Virus record (IMG/VR): IMGVR_UViG_2932987669_000002
Location: 10,221 to 74,220 of that record
Length of the DNA: 64,000 nucleotides
Direction: 5' to 3' (one strand)
Source: a virus
The translations under genes and the position numbers were made by a program. The notes below the pieces were generated by a model, which saw only the letters and a program-made list of their open reading frames with translations, was not told the DNA's origin and did no database searches. Below, piece by piece: positions 1 to 12,400 of this stretch. How positions within the stretch are numbered: position 1 is the stretch's first letter; every line of letters starts with the position of its first letter.

Positions 1-961
1 GGTTACAGCTTGAAAAAATAGACTGCCTCATGCTTGCATTTTCCATTGTAGACCCAATAAAGTCACACTTTTCAAATCTAATTTCATCCAATGTTGAACT
101 CTTTAGATTTGATTGTCCCAAATTCATTTTTTCCCATAGTGAATACGATAAAATTTCCACTCCTCCGAGTAGCGCAATGCCCCTGTATCGAATGAAGTGA
201 TCATCTCTAATATTTTGAAAATTAACAGATTCAAGGTTTGCGAATGTCAGAAGGCTCTCCGTGTCAAGCCTTGAAGATATCTTGATCGTGGCTATGATAG
301 ATCCGATGCTACGAGCTTTATTATTGTCTTTTATTATTGGTTTTAATGATTTTAAAATGTTATATGGATCAGACTCCGCAAGAAGAACTATCTGCTCTAC
401 CGCCACTTCGTCATATGCAACACTGTTTTCTGTCGGTATCGAAGGTTGACTAACTACGGGAGAGTTCAGCAACAAACGAAACTTGGAAGTATTTTCAAAT
501 GCGATGTATGCGTTTTGCCGCATGACTTCCATTGTCTGTGATTCGAACAAGCTTGTCTGAGATTCCAGCATTTTGTTTTGCAAACCCAAATATTGAGTCT
601 GTTTATAGATAAAGTAATTTGGAATGATTGCTAATCCTGCACCCAAAATCAGAAACATTGGGACTCTCGCTTTTGCGGCCACAAATGCTATTATGAAATC
701 TTTAATCTCCTGCTTGGGTAATGGCTGCCCGGGTTTGTGCTTTTCAATACTCTCCCACAATGAAATAGCAGTTTTCTGAACAACACGACTTGTCATTAAG
801 CATGTCCATAACTTTGCTGTCTGTTTTGCAAAAAGCCATTTTCGTTTTTTAGACGCATGAACCTTTTGGATATAAAGGTTATTTAACTGCGTCAACCTTT
901 GAATCTCTTTTTCAAGGTTATTTATCCGAGATCTTAGCAAGATGTTCTCGTTGTCTTCCAT
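1..961 (-). CDS. Pentapeptide-repeat protein with N-terminal coiled-coil and membrane segment (runs off the left edge)
   Basis: Not in the ORF track because it has no stop inside the window. Manual translation from ATG at 961 gives MEDNENILLRSR..., a hydrophobic stretch (VPMFLILGAGLAIIPNYFIY), then NLGQS-NLKSS-TLDEI-RFEKC-DFIGS-TMENA-SMRQS-IFSSC 5-residue periodicity. AT-rich. Confidence 0.75.
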   Translation of the reverse strand, partial: MEDNENILLRSRINNLEKEIQRLTQLNNLYIQKVHASKKRKWLFAKQTAKLWTCLMTSRVVQKTAISLWESIEKHKPGQPLPKQEIKDFIIAFVAAKARVPMFLILGAGLAIIPNYFIYKQTQYLGLQNKMLESQTSLFESQTMEVMRQNAYIAFENTSKFRLLLNSPVVSQPSIPTENSVAYDEVAVEQIVLLAESDPYNILKSLKPIIKDNNKARSIGSIIATIKISSRLDTESLLTFANLESVNFQNIRDDHFIRYRGIALLGGVEILSYSLWEKMNLGQSNLKSSTLDEIRFEKCDFIGSTMENASMRQSIFSSCN

Positions 962-1140
962 TATTGCCGCCTGAGTATGGGAAATTGAAGTCGCCGATTA
1001 GGTAGCATCTTTGTGATAGGCTACCTGCGACCTTTGACTCTTGCCGGAGGGGGATTACAAAATGAAGATACCCTATATTAAGCACATATCATATTTTTAT
1101 GGAAGATTATTCCAGGCCCCTTGGAGGCAATCCGGAACGT

Positions 1141-2106
1141 CTATGTCTCATTTCCTGATCTCTGGAATTTCATAACTTGTCTTCTCAAATCAGCCGGTTT
1201 CATCTCTATGGCTTTATCGGTCACAGCACCAATCTTCATATTGTCCTTCAAAAAACACACAAGGCCATATTCCTGTCCATACGGAAACTTGAACACACTC
1301 CGATTCTGATACAACTGCTCATGAGTCCAGCCAACCGAAAGAGCCACATTTTCGATTGCCCGGACCTTCGACAAGGCTTCCTCAGTCACCGGCACATGGA
1401 ACGCGAAATTGCCTTGTTCAGGCCACAAAAAACCAGTTTCCGCGGCAGCCTCACCATCACCAGAACCCTTCCGTTGCGGTCGAGCGACGGCACCGGCCTC
1501 AATGAACCGTTCCAAGGTTGGTGGCTGATAATCGCTTGCGCGCACCAGCATCTGTGACCAAGCAGCATCCAAAGTGGCTCGATCGAACTCTGCCTCGGCC
1601 TGTGCCTGAACGACTGCGAATGGCGTCAGCATTGCCAGATAGGCGTCCTGCGATATTTGGCCTTCGTTGTAGGCCCGAACGACGGTCTGCATCTTAAGAC
1701 GGAGCCAGGCGAAATAGTCCGGATCCAAGCGACGGTAGGCGACATCGTTCAACAGCAGGTCCGCACCAAACCGTTCCGGATGGTCGATGGTCGTATACCG
1801 CAACCTCGGAGACACGTAAATGGCGGGGCTTGAGGTTTCCTGCAAATTGTCGAGAATTTCAGGATGGTCAGCGGAAGACGACCCGGCACCTTCCTGAGGT
1901 GAAACCGTCACAGTGTCGTTGGATGCCGATGGCTCACTCTTGCCAGCCAGGCCTCCGTCACGACGAGGTGCGGCCTGTTCTGAAAGCATGGAGTCGAAAA
2001 CCGGTCGCACCGGATCGACGTTGGTCCACGTCCCGTGGTTGGCTTTTTCGCCCGCGTTTGGCCCGTGGTTCATTAGTTGCCGGCTCGATTGGCTGAGAAT
2101 TGACAT
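1141..2106 (-). CDS. Hypothetical phage/mobile-element protein (321 aa)
   Basis: Long ORF with a GGGGGA RBS and the element-specific promoter motif directly upstream. The C-terminal GWTHEQLY...GLVCFL segment recalls hypothetical proteins found beside phage primases (from memory). Confidence 0.65.
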   Translation of the reverse strand: MSILSQSSRQLMNHGPNAGEKANHGTWTNVDPVRPVFDSMLSEQAAPRRDGGLAGKSEPSASNDTVTVSPQEGAGSSSADHPEILDNLQETSSPAIYVSPRLRYTTIDHPERFGADLLLNDVAYRRLDPDYFAWLRLKMQTVVRAYNEGQISQDAYLAMLTPFAVVQAQAEAEFDRATLDAAWSQMLVRASDYQPPTLERFIEAGAVARPQRKGSGDGEAAAETGFLWPEQGNFAFHVPVTEEALSKVRAIENVALSVGWTHEQLYQNRSVFKFPYGQEYGLVCFLKDNMKIGAVTDKAIEMKPADLRRQVMKFQRSGNET

Positions 2107-2136
2107 GGTTTCCCCCTGGTTCCTCGTTTCTCAGGG

Positions 2137-2165
2137 CTACCTACCGGAACCGGCCTGGAAATGTC
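2137..2165 (-). promoter_or_regulatory. Element-specific bipartite motif, copy 1 (GACAT-N13-CCGGTAGGTAG)
   Basis: Same spacing as the 8 other copies; ends about 30 nt upstream of the ATG at 2106. Confidence 0.75.
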
Positions 2166-2437
2166 GGAGGGGACGGAAAAATCTTGCCGCATGCCAGCGA
2201 AAGCCATGACGCAATGCGTTTGATTGGAGTTCGCCGCTCGTTACGGTGCGAGCGAACTGGTCGGTAGCAGCAAACCCCAACTCTGTGCTGCCAATTCTTG
2301 CTGTATTGTGGCTTGGCGCCGAACCGAAACAACTACCTGAGGGGAAGGTGTATGTAACGGACCAGGAAATTCGCCTAATGCATTGATTTCAATTGTGTTG
2401 TATGCAACACATGAGATGGGCCGTACCAGTGAGGGCT

Positions 2438-2712
2438 TTGAAACCTCACACTTCGTCTTGAAACCTCACCTCACTATCTAAACCCCTGTATTTATTTATA
2501 TTTATATTTTAACAGTGAAGATAGTGAAGTAGTAGGAGGGTCGCCTATATAAGGCCAGGTAAATCAATAGGGATCGAGACTGGGGGGTATTCTGTTAGGA
2601 ACCCCTTTAAGGGGGGGTCGATTCTGGGGGGTATCATCGAAGGTACTCACTATTGTTATAACCATCTCTTGATAAAGGCGTTACTTTGAAGGTGTATTTC
2701 AAAGACCTCACA
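2438..2712. repeat. Short repeats around an AT tract, resembling an origin
   Basis: TTGAAACCTCAC x2 (2438, 2458), AT tract about 2488-2511, AGTGAAG x2 (2514, 2523), CTGGGGGGTAT x2 (2580, 2624), ACCTCACAC again near 2705. Confidence 0.4.
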
Positions 2713-3439
2713 CTCGGAGGATGGTCCCCACAAGGTAATCGCTCTCTACCCCGGCTTCACCGGTTTCCTGTCAGATCGAGCGAGCTGGAATGCCGAGCCA
2801 AACTGGTGCCCTTGATGTCTGGCATGATTCGTTTCCAGTCCCTCCTTTTGCAGCAAGTGCTGTTCGATCGTGTGGACTTGCCTAATCAGGGAATTCCGAC
2901 GCCACTGATGCGGTTCGAGTTGGGCACGGTTGACCGTGAACACCTTGTAGAAAATCCAAATTTCGACAGTTGGACAAAGGGTGTCTGGAGACTTCGGCAA
3001 AATAGAGCAAGCCTAGACACGGCCTTGTTTTGTCGGAAGGTTTGTCAGGTTCGGGGGAAGCAGTAAAAGACATGGAGAAGACTTGATAAATCTTGTTTTT
3101 TAGGTCTTTTTAATTTCAAAAAGACGTCTGTTGTGATATGTTTTGACTCGAGTGATGCCTGCTACTGAGTCGGCAAAAGATAAGGTCATGAAGCCTCACA
3201 GAAGAATGCAAGGCATGATATAACAAAAAAATCCTCCACAAAAAATTACCATCACCTCATCTGCTCTCACACTGAGGAATTCTCATTTGGCGCTGTCCCA
3301 AATGACCATTTGTGCCCAGGACTCCAGAATTCAGAATGCATACCCGTGAATCCCCTCCACGAACCGCTTCGATCCCTATAAACACGAGCCCATCAAAACC
3401 CAACCCATTCCGATATGATGCTTCTGTGAGGTCTGCTCC

Positions 3440-6400
3440 ATGATTGCCAAGCGATTGATTCCGTGTCTCCTGCTCCTAATCGGCCCTGCCTGGGGCGCTT
3501 TCGCGCAGGAAACCATCACCATCGCGCTCGACGACACCGCCCGCTTCCGCGCTGCGGCCACCGCCACCCTTTCCGGCACCGTCACCCCCACTGATGCCAG
3601 CCTTTCGATCGACGGGACCATCCTCGCCCTCGACGGCAATGGCCGCTTCAGCCACGACGTCACCCTCACCGAAGGCCTCAACACCTTTTTCTTCACCGCC
3701 ACCAAGGACGGTTTGCCCGAAGCCCGGCTCAAACGCGACCTATTCCGCGATACTGTTGCCCCGGTTCTCGCCATTTCCGAGCCGCTACCTGACCTACGCA
3801 CCAACCGGACCAGTCTCCACATCATTGGCGAGGCTGGCGACGCCTTATCGAAGCCGGTCACGCTCACCCGCGACGGCCAACCCGTTGCTGTCGTCGGCCA
3901 TCGTTTCTATGACCGCGACGTCCCTCTCCAGTCAGGTGCGAACACCTTCCAATACACCCTCACCGACGCCGCCGGCAACACCGCCGAACAATCGCTCACC
4001 GTGCACCACAAGATCGAACCGCCCACGATTGATCTCACCGCGCCCGGTTCCGTCGATGCCCGTAGCAACTTCGACATCGCCGTTTCCTTCGAACCCGCCG
4101 CCGAGATCGCCTCGGTTCGGGTCTACCTGAACGCGGACTTGGTGCTCGAAGCCAGCGATGGCAGTGCCCTGCAGCAAACCTTCCAGGACGATGGCAGTCG
4201 TGCCAGCCACCAGCTCCGCCTTGAGGTCCGCGACGTCTACGGCAACGAGGCCCAGCTCGAGCGCGACCTGCCGGTGGCGCACCCTAACTTCGTGCATGGC
4301 CTCGTCCTTGACAGCGAGACCAGCCACCCACTGACTGGTGTCACTGTTCAACTTGAAAGCCCCGCGGCCAGCACCACCGCCGTCACCGACGATGCCGGCC
4401 GCTACGTCGCCTATCTGGCCGGCTCACCCATCACCGCCCGCGTCACCGACCCCACCTACGTCCCCATCGCCCGGACCTTGGACGTCCCACCTGCAGGTGG
4501 CGCTCGTCTCTTCGACCTGCGCCTCACCCGCCGCGGCCCGCCTCACTCCACCGCCCAGGTTTTCAGCGATCCCCTCCTTCGGCTCCAGTTTGCCTCCGGC
4601 TTCAGCGGCACCTCCCGCGTCACTCCGCTGCGCACCCAGGCCCTGCCCATCCTGCTCCCTCTCGGCTACGCTCCACTGCGCGCTTTCGAACTGGCCGACG
4701 CCACCGGGATCGGCACACTCCAGGTCCAGCTCCGTCGGCCACCGCGTGAGCTTCCACCGGCCACCGAAGTCCTACTCTTGCGCCGGGACGGCGACGGCTG
4801 GAGGGTCACCGAGCACCTGACTGTCGGTGGCACCCGCATCGACGCCACCTGGACTGCTGCCGGGAACGGCGTCTACGCCGCCGTACTCCGTGATACTCGC
4901 TTCGTTACCGAAACCCCTGCCGTCGGCAGCTTCCTGATCCGCCAAAACCACGCGTGGATTCCGCGCGCAGATACCGCTGACGCGGTCGCGTTTCCTCGAA
5001 TGGTTTCACTCCTAGACACGCCACGCACCCTACTCCGCTTCCTCGCCCACGGTCATCATCCTTCTGGCGCCGTCGCCCGCCTCCGCGCCCGCGAGCACCA
5101 CACCTATTTTGACGGCCAGCACCTGTTCCCCGACTACCTGCTCGACGTGACCTGCTACTACTACGGCGAAAACCTCGACGGCCGCGCCAAGCTGGTGGGC
5201 CGCCTGCCCATCGAGGCGCGCGGTGAGATCACCCGCGGGCACACCCGTGCCGCCTCGATCAAGTTCTACCTGGAAGGTGGGTCACCGCCACTCGGTGGCT
5301 TCCGCTACGACGCGGTGCACGACCTCGGTCCACTCCAGCTCGATTTCGGACCTCAGCCCGTCAATCCCCGCGCCGTCCGCACCCGGCTCGCCGATATCTC
5401 TGACATCCCAATGCCCGCCGGGGCCGAGCGGCTCGCCTCGTTCACGCTCACCGTCGGCCGCGAGCTGGACGCCTCGCCGAGCATTCGCTTCCAGCACGGT
5501 GCCCGTGAAGCGCTGGTTCTGCTGCGCCGCCAGGACGCGGCGACCTGGGTCTACGCCGGCCGGCTGCGCTTCGTCGATGGTGCTTGGCAGGCCGCGCCTG
5601 AAGACGTCGACGTCACCACTACCGGCGCCTATGCTTTGGTTGCCCTGCCGTTTTCGATCACGGAACTGCGCGGTCAGGTCACCTTTGCCGCGAGCCCTGT
5701 TGTCGGGGTCACCCTCCAGACTGAAGTCCACCCTTGGCGGGCGACCAGCGCCGCTGATGGCGGGTTCCGCTTCGCCGTCGCCCGCTGGAACCAGCCCCAG
5801 ACCGTTGACGCCTACGACCCCGCCACCACCCGCAGCGCCCAGCTCCACCTGGCCGACACCTCGACCGATGACCTGCGCGATGGCCTTGACCTCGCGCTTC
5901 AGGCACCCGACTTCCGCCTCGTCGAGCACCGGCCTGCCGCCAACCAGGTCCACGTCAGTCGCCACGAGATCCCCAGCCTCACCTTCTCCCATGCCCTCGG
6001 AGGCACCGTTGACGACTGGACCCAGGCGATCACGCTCCAGGGCGGCGGCACCACCGTCCCGCTGCGCATCCAGCGCCAGGCCGATTACCGCACCCTGACC
6101 CTCAACCCCCAGGCCCCACTCGCTGACGACACCGAGTACACAGTTACGGTTGGCACCAGTCTCCTGAGCCAACATAGCCACCCGTTGGTTTCGGCTGCTT
6201 CGTTCAGCTACCGAACCGCCGACCGAAGCGCCGTCGGCACCCTCGACCTCAAGCGGTTCTACCTCACCGCCAGCGGTGATGACCTCGCCGTCCACGCTCC
6301 GGCCGACGCCTACCCAGCCCGCAGCCAGATCCGCCTGATCAATCGCAATACCGCCGCCACCGTGACCGACACCATGCTGGGTGGCGACTATCAGCGGGGC

Positions 6401-9400
6401 ATCGAGGGGGACATCGGCGACCGGATCCAGGTGGCCGTGACCCGGCCAGATGGCCAATCCGCCTCGATCGAGCTGGACAGCATCCGCACGGGCCCCGGTC
6501 AGGTCATCCTGGGCGGCCAACCCTTCGTGCTCGACCTCGGCGAGGGCACCACCCTCCACATCGAGCGCGTGCTGGACGGCGTCGGCCGCGAGGTCCGCTT
6601 CGCCTTGGCCGACGAGGCCGAGATCCGCGCCGAGCTGGCCAAGGTCCCGCACCACGGCGACGACCCCTTCGGCGCCTTCTACGGCGGGTTGCGCATCACG
6701 CCGCTCGACGGCGGGCCCGTGCCTCGCCTTTCCGGCCGGTTCCAGCTCGACCTCGACCCCGCCACCATTGGGACCGCTATGCTCTCGTTCGTGGCGCTGC
6801 AGCCCGAGGTCTCGTTCCCGGCCAACCCGCTCGAACCGGAGACCCTGACGCCCCACACCTTCGCTACGCTGGCCGATGCCGTCGCCGTCCGCGACGGCCA
6901 GCTCGGCAGCACGACCAAACGAACCCGCACTAAACGGTTCGGCGGCCGCATCGCCGCCTCGCTGGGCCAGGCCTACGCCCGCCTCTACGGCCTATTCCAC
7001 ACCGACAGCACCAGCTTCATCTTCGGCCAGAGTCTGCGCCAGGATGTCCGCAACCAGGTTGATACCACCTACGGCAACCTGATGTGGGTCGAGCCGCCGC
7101 CCTCCTGGTTCAACCCGGACCGCTACACCCGCGCGGGAACCCCCTACTACCCGTGCCAAAACGTCTACTTCTACCAGCGCTTCGGCGATGGTGAGAACGC
7201 CTTCTTCAAGCCGCTCGGTCTCACCGGCCCGCTGGCCGACGGCGACTTTATCGCCGAGCCCGACCCTGGCCAGCCCACCATCCTGGCGATGGACCCAGTC
7301 ACCCATCGGCTCACCTTGCTTGAGCTGCGCCCCTCGAGTGCGTCCTACCTGTTGGCTGGCTCCCGCGCCTACCGAGTCACGGCCTGGCTGCGCTGGCCCA
7401 AGCAAGGCGGTGCCGGCAGCGACGCCGAACTGGAACTCGATTGGCAAGTCGTGACCCTGGACGACGACGAGCCCGTGGTCCACGCCGGCCTGACCGAGAC
7501 CTTTCGGCAGACCGGCAAGCTTCTGCTCGATCCCGGCCAAACCGGGGGCAAAACGCCCCAGATCCAAGTCACGATCAAGGCCGATCAGGCCCTGAAACAC
7601 GCTGTGGCCAAAATCCCTGAGGTGGGCTGGGAAGAGACCGTCACCCGCGACACCCGCCACGACGCGATCACCGTCCTGCTGCCCGCCACCGCCTACGGCA
7701 CCGAACGCAAGCTCGACGTCGCCCTGACCGTGGTGGACATCAAAGACCAGAGCCAGGACGTCTACAAGCGGGTCTGGCTGGTTCGACCCGACCAGGCGGC
7801 GGGCATCCCCAACGTCGCCCCGGCCGTGCTCGCTAGCACGCCCCAGGACAAAGGCACCGACGTCCTGATCGCCGACCCGCTCTACCTCGAATTCAGCGAG
7901 CCGGTCCGCGACGTGGGCCCGGCCAGCGTGACCCTGACCCCCGACGGCGGCGACCCGGTCACGCTGGCCTTCTTCGACGCCAACGGCCTGCCTGTTGAGG
8001 CCGCGACCGAGGTCCGCTTGCTCACGGTCCAACCGACCGAAGCGCTCAAGCTCGACACGGTATACACGCTCGACGTACGCGGGGTCCGCGACCAGGAGAA
8101 CCGCACCCTGCTGCAGCCGGCGGACACCAAGGCCTCGGGCACCGAGCCAGCCAAGGATCACTATCGCATCCAGTTCCGGACCCAGACCAGCAAGCCCCAG
8201 ACGGTGGTGCCGGAGACGGGCGACCTGCGCGCCTACGCCGGGCTACGTAACTTACTGGTAGGCCTGGACGGGATCACGAACCCGGACGGCATCGCCTCCG
8301 GCTTCAAGCTGCGCATCTACGACACCGACACCCGCCACAGCGAGCCACGCCTGCTCACCGAGTACCCCGAGGCGATCCGGGCGCCGGGCATGCTGGCCCC
8401 CAACCTGGTGCTGATCACCAAAGAGGCGTTGGCCGCGGCGCCCGGCGCCGAGGTCTTCGCCATCGAGCGCGACAACCGCGAGCGGCTGCGGGCCTTGCCT
8501 GCCGGGACCATGCTGGTCGTGCAGTACTACTCCTTCGCCCAGCACAGCTACGTCTTGATGTTCCTTCACTACAACGGGGCCAAGTTCGAGGAGAAGGGCC
8601 ACTTCCGTGTGCCAACCACGGGCGCCCAGGGCGGGTTCGCTGCCATCGGGCCATACCTGATCCTGGGTGACTTCGACCTGACCGAGGCCGGCCCAGTCGG
8701 CACGGCTACGGTCCACGACGTGCGCCAGTACCTGGAACAGCTCGCCAACATTGACGCCACCACGCTTCAGGACAGCCTGGGCGGTGGCCGCCACCTTTAT
8801 GCCTGGCAGAAAACCAAGCCGGTGGGTCACTACGCCAACCCGCGCGGCGTGGTCCGACTCGCGCCCTTCCTCCACCAAACCGAGGACGGGCTGGTTCCGG
8901 CCTTCGCCGCGGCCGCCTTCGGCTACCCGGGCTTGAACGCAATCGTGCCCCAGGAATCCGACCTGCTGCCGCCCGTCCATCCGCCTTACGACCGCCGCGC
9001 CCTGGCCAAAACCGTCTGGCCCCACCGCACCGGCACCGAAACCGCGCCAGGTGAGCCGGGTCGCTTTGGCGTCTCCCGCCTGCGCTGCGCCGTGGTCGAG
9101 GCCTTCCCGACCCAATCCGCCCTGGGTGAGACGCTGACCCGCGACATCGCGATCTTCGGTGAGCGCGGCCTCGACCAGGACGGTTCCCTCTATATTTATG
9201 AAGTTCCCGAGAAGACCGACCTCGACCAGGATACCCAGCCGCGCTTCACCCTGGATCTACCTGGCGGGTTCCTGGGTCTGGCCGCCGACCGCGCCCACGG
9301 TCTGGTGGCCGTGCGGACCCGGATCGGCAACGCGATGGGCGTCGGCGTGCTCGACCTGCGGGCACTCTACGCCCGCGGTCGGGCGCAAGGCGTCAGCCAG

Positions 9401-12400
9401 TGGACCCTCGACCAGGCGTTCGCGGAGGAGATGTTCCTGACCTGGATCGACGACGACGCGGACCAAGCCCCGGTGGGGCGCCAATTGTTCATGCACGACG
9501 GCGCGCTTTACTGGAGCCTGTCGGACGAGCGCCTGCGCCGCCTGCCGCTGGCGAGCAACCCCTACCGAACCTTCGGCTGGCTGTCCTACGATCTGGCCCG
9601 CTGGCAGGCCGGTACCGCGCGACACGACACGAGCGGCCGGATCCGCGACCCGCAGGGCATGCTGACCCACCAGCCCTACGGCGTGCTCTACGCCACCGAC
9701 CTGGATGTAGAGAATGGAGAAGAGGCCGACCTGGCCTTCACGGTGGAAATGGGCACCTTCGAGGTCGAGGTTTTCGCCCAGGAGAGCCTGAAGCTGACCT
9801 ACCGGCTCGAAGGCGAATCCGGCACGGCCGAAGTGGTCCACGAGGTCAAGGACGCGAAGGCTCGGACGCTGGTGGGCTTCGACACCCGGAAACTGAACGT
9901 CGCGATCCAGAACCAGGCCAAGGCGCTGCGCGAGCACGGGTTCCTGAAGGGCGAGGTGGCCTTGACCCTCACGCGCCAGGGAACCACCGTGATGCAGCGG
10001 ACCCTGCCGTTCCTGGTCGCCTGGCACAGCGTGCCGACGCGCTATGTGGACGACCTGCGCTTCCACGGCGGCCTCGACCTGCTGACCGGTTCGCCCGAGC
10101 TGCACCAGACCGACCTTGCCGTGAGCGCCCGCGATGCCCGGCTCGACCTGAGCTGGCGCCGCAGTTTCCACCGCGACTACGCCTTCGGTAGCGGGCCTTA
10201 CGGAGTTGGAATGCTCGACGGCGCTCGGCTGTACCAGGCCATGCCGGTCTGGTGGCGGCCGCAGGACGTGGACGCAGTTGATGGCGCCGGTCAGGAGGGC
10301 GAGGAAACCGTCGCACGCAACTTTACCACCGCAAAAGTTCATCAACGGTTGATCTTCGAGCAACCGGGCCAGTTTCAGATCCAGGCCGGCCTCGCCGAAG
10401 ACGGGGACAAGGTCGGGGTGCGCAACGACGCCCTTAGCCAGGTGCGCCGTTTCCCGGACCGCGGCCCCTGGCACCTGATCCACCGCGGCAACGTCGTCTA
10501 CAAGCTCCGCAGCAAACTGCGTTGGCCCGAGTACCGGGACCTGCTGAGCCAAATTAACGAGAGGACCCGCGACAAAAAGGAAACCGACCGACTCCGCTTC
10601 CCGCTGATGCGCTTCCCGGGTTCGATGCAGGCGCCGGGCTCGCTCTACGGCGAGGTTCAGTTGACCGAGCGTGTCGACTACCCCTGGAAGAACCAGATGG
10701 CGGCGGAGGATGCGGCCCGTTTCCCGACAGAGCTTTGGGACGCCCCCAATGACAGCGGTGGCCGGCGCACCATCGACCGGACCTGGAAGATGAATCCAGT
10801 CGGCACCGTGATCGAGACCCAGACGATGCAGACCCGCAGCGTCCAGGGGACCTACGACTACACGGACGACGGCTACCTGGCTCGGGTAGAACTGAACCAA
10901 ACCAGCGGCGGCGGGACACCGCGCGGCTACACCCTGACCTGGAGCGAACCGGTAGCCGAAGTGGGCCAACTCAAACTGCGCCGGCTGGAGAAGGTGGAGG
11001 CGTTGAACGCAGGCGACGACAATGTGGTCTTCGAAGCCCAGTACCCGCCCAAAAGCCTGACCACCTCCAATCTCGGCGACGGCTACTGCCTCCAGAGCCT
11101 CGATGTCGCCCGAGACGGGACGACCGGCTACGTCGTTTCGGTGGCCCTGCCGGGCTGCGGTGAGGTGCCGGAACTGAGGCGGACCTTCGGCACGATGAGC
11201 GGGACACGGCTGTCCTCGGGCTACACCTTCGAAGGGGTCGACGCGACTCACACCTTCTCGCGAACCTGGGAACGGCGCAAACTGGACGGGTTCCGCTTCG
11301 ATCCCGATCAAGGTGGCACGGCCGTGACGATGGGAGACTCGGTTCTGCCTATCCATCAGTGGCAGCTCACGGGTGACAGCTTCGGTGATCAGATCTTCGG
11401 CTATGACGCTTTGGGACGCCTGACCTCCCACCAAATCCACGGCACCAGTCAAAGCTGGACCTACCAGATCATGCCATGGTGGATCGAGACACCCGACACT
11501 ATGACCAACGCAGTGGGTGACAAGCTGCGCTACGAGGTTTCCGAGAAATCGTTGGTCGTCTCCGACGCCAACGCAGATGGCGAAGGTGGCACCAGCGCGA
11601 CCCAAACAACCTTTTTCAGCACCAGCGGCGTGCCCATCCGAACGGAGGACCTGGTGGGTCGGGTTCAGGGCGGCACCACCTCGGTCCACTACAGACCCAG
11701 TGGCAAAGACATGGACGCGGGCTCCTTCAGCACACGATCCCAGAATTTGCCTGGCACCGGCATGGCTATGACCGAGCGCCGTCTTAACCCGTTCGGCGAC
11801 GTGACCGAGGAAAGCCACCTCGACGTCACGAGCCGGTTTACCTACGACGGCTTGGGCCGGCTTGACACCGAGACCGATGTGACGCTGGGCCGCACGCTGA
11901 ATGTCGGTTACGAGGTCGTTTCGGGTCAGGGGCCGCGTATAGCGGTCGTGGACCAAAGCACCGAGATCACCACTGAAACCGACTACGACATCTGGGGCCG
12001 GGTCACGGCCCAGCGGCGAACGGCGCCAGATCCCCAGAACCTGAGCTATACCTATGACGCGTTGGGTCGGTTGGCGCGCACCACTGATACCCAGACCGGC
12101 CAGACCGAAACCTACACCTACTTCGGGACCACGTCCCAGCCAACGCGGGTTGTCACTGGCCAAGGGGGCACCAGCGTCACGACGACCTACGATGTCGTGC
12201 AGAGCGAGAAGGGCCCTATCACCAACCGGGCGACGGTTCAAGCTCAGGGAGAATCCTATGTTGAGCATTTGGTGACCGACGCACTCGGCCGTGTCGAGGA
12301 AACCAAAATGGCGGATGTCGGCAAGGTGCGCATCGTCTACGACGTCTTCGGCCGGGCGACCCGCGTCGAGAAGTTCCTCGAGGACCCGGCTAAGGCCGAC

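Noticed and set aside
2686-3073. Short overlapping ORFs as a primase or Rep gene
   Set aside because: No helicase or primase motifs in any frame I could read.
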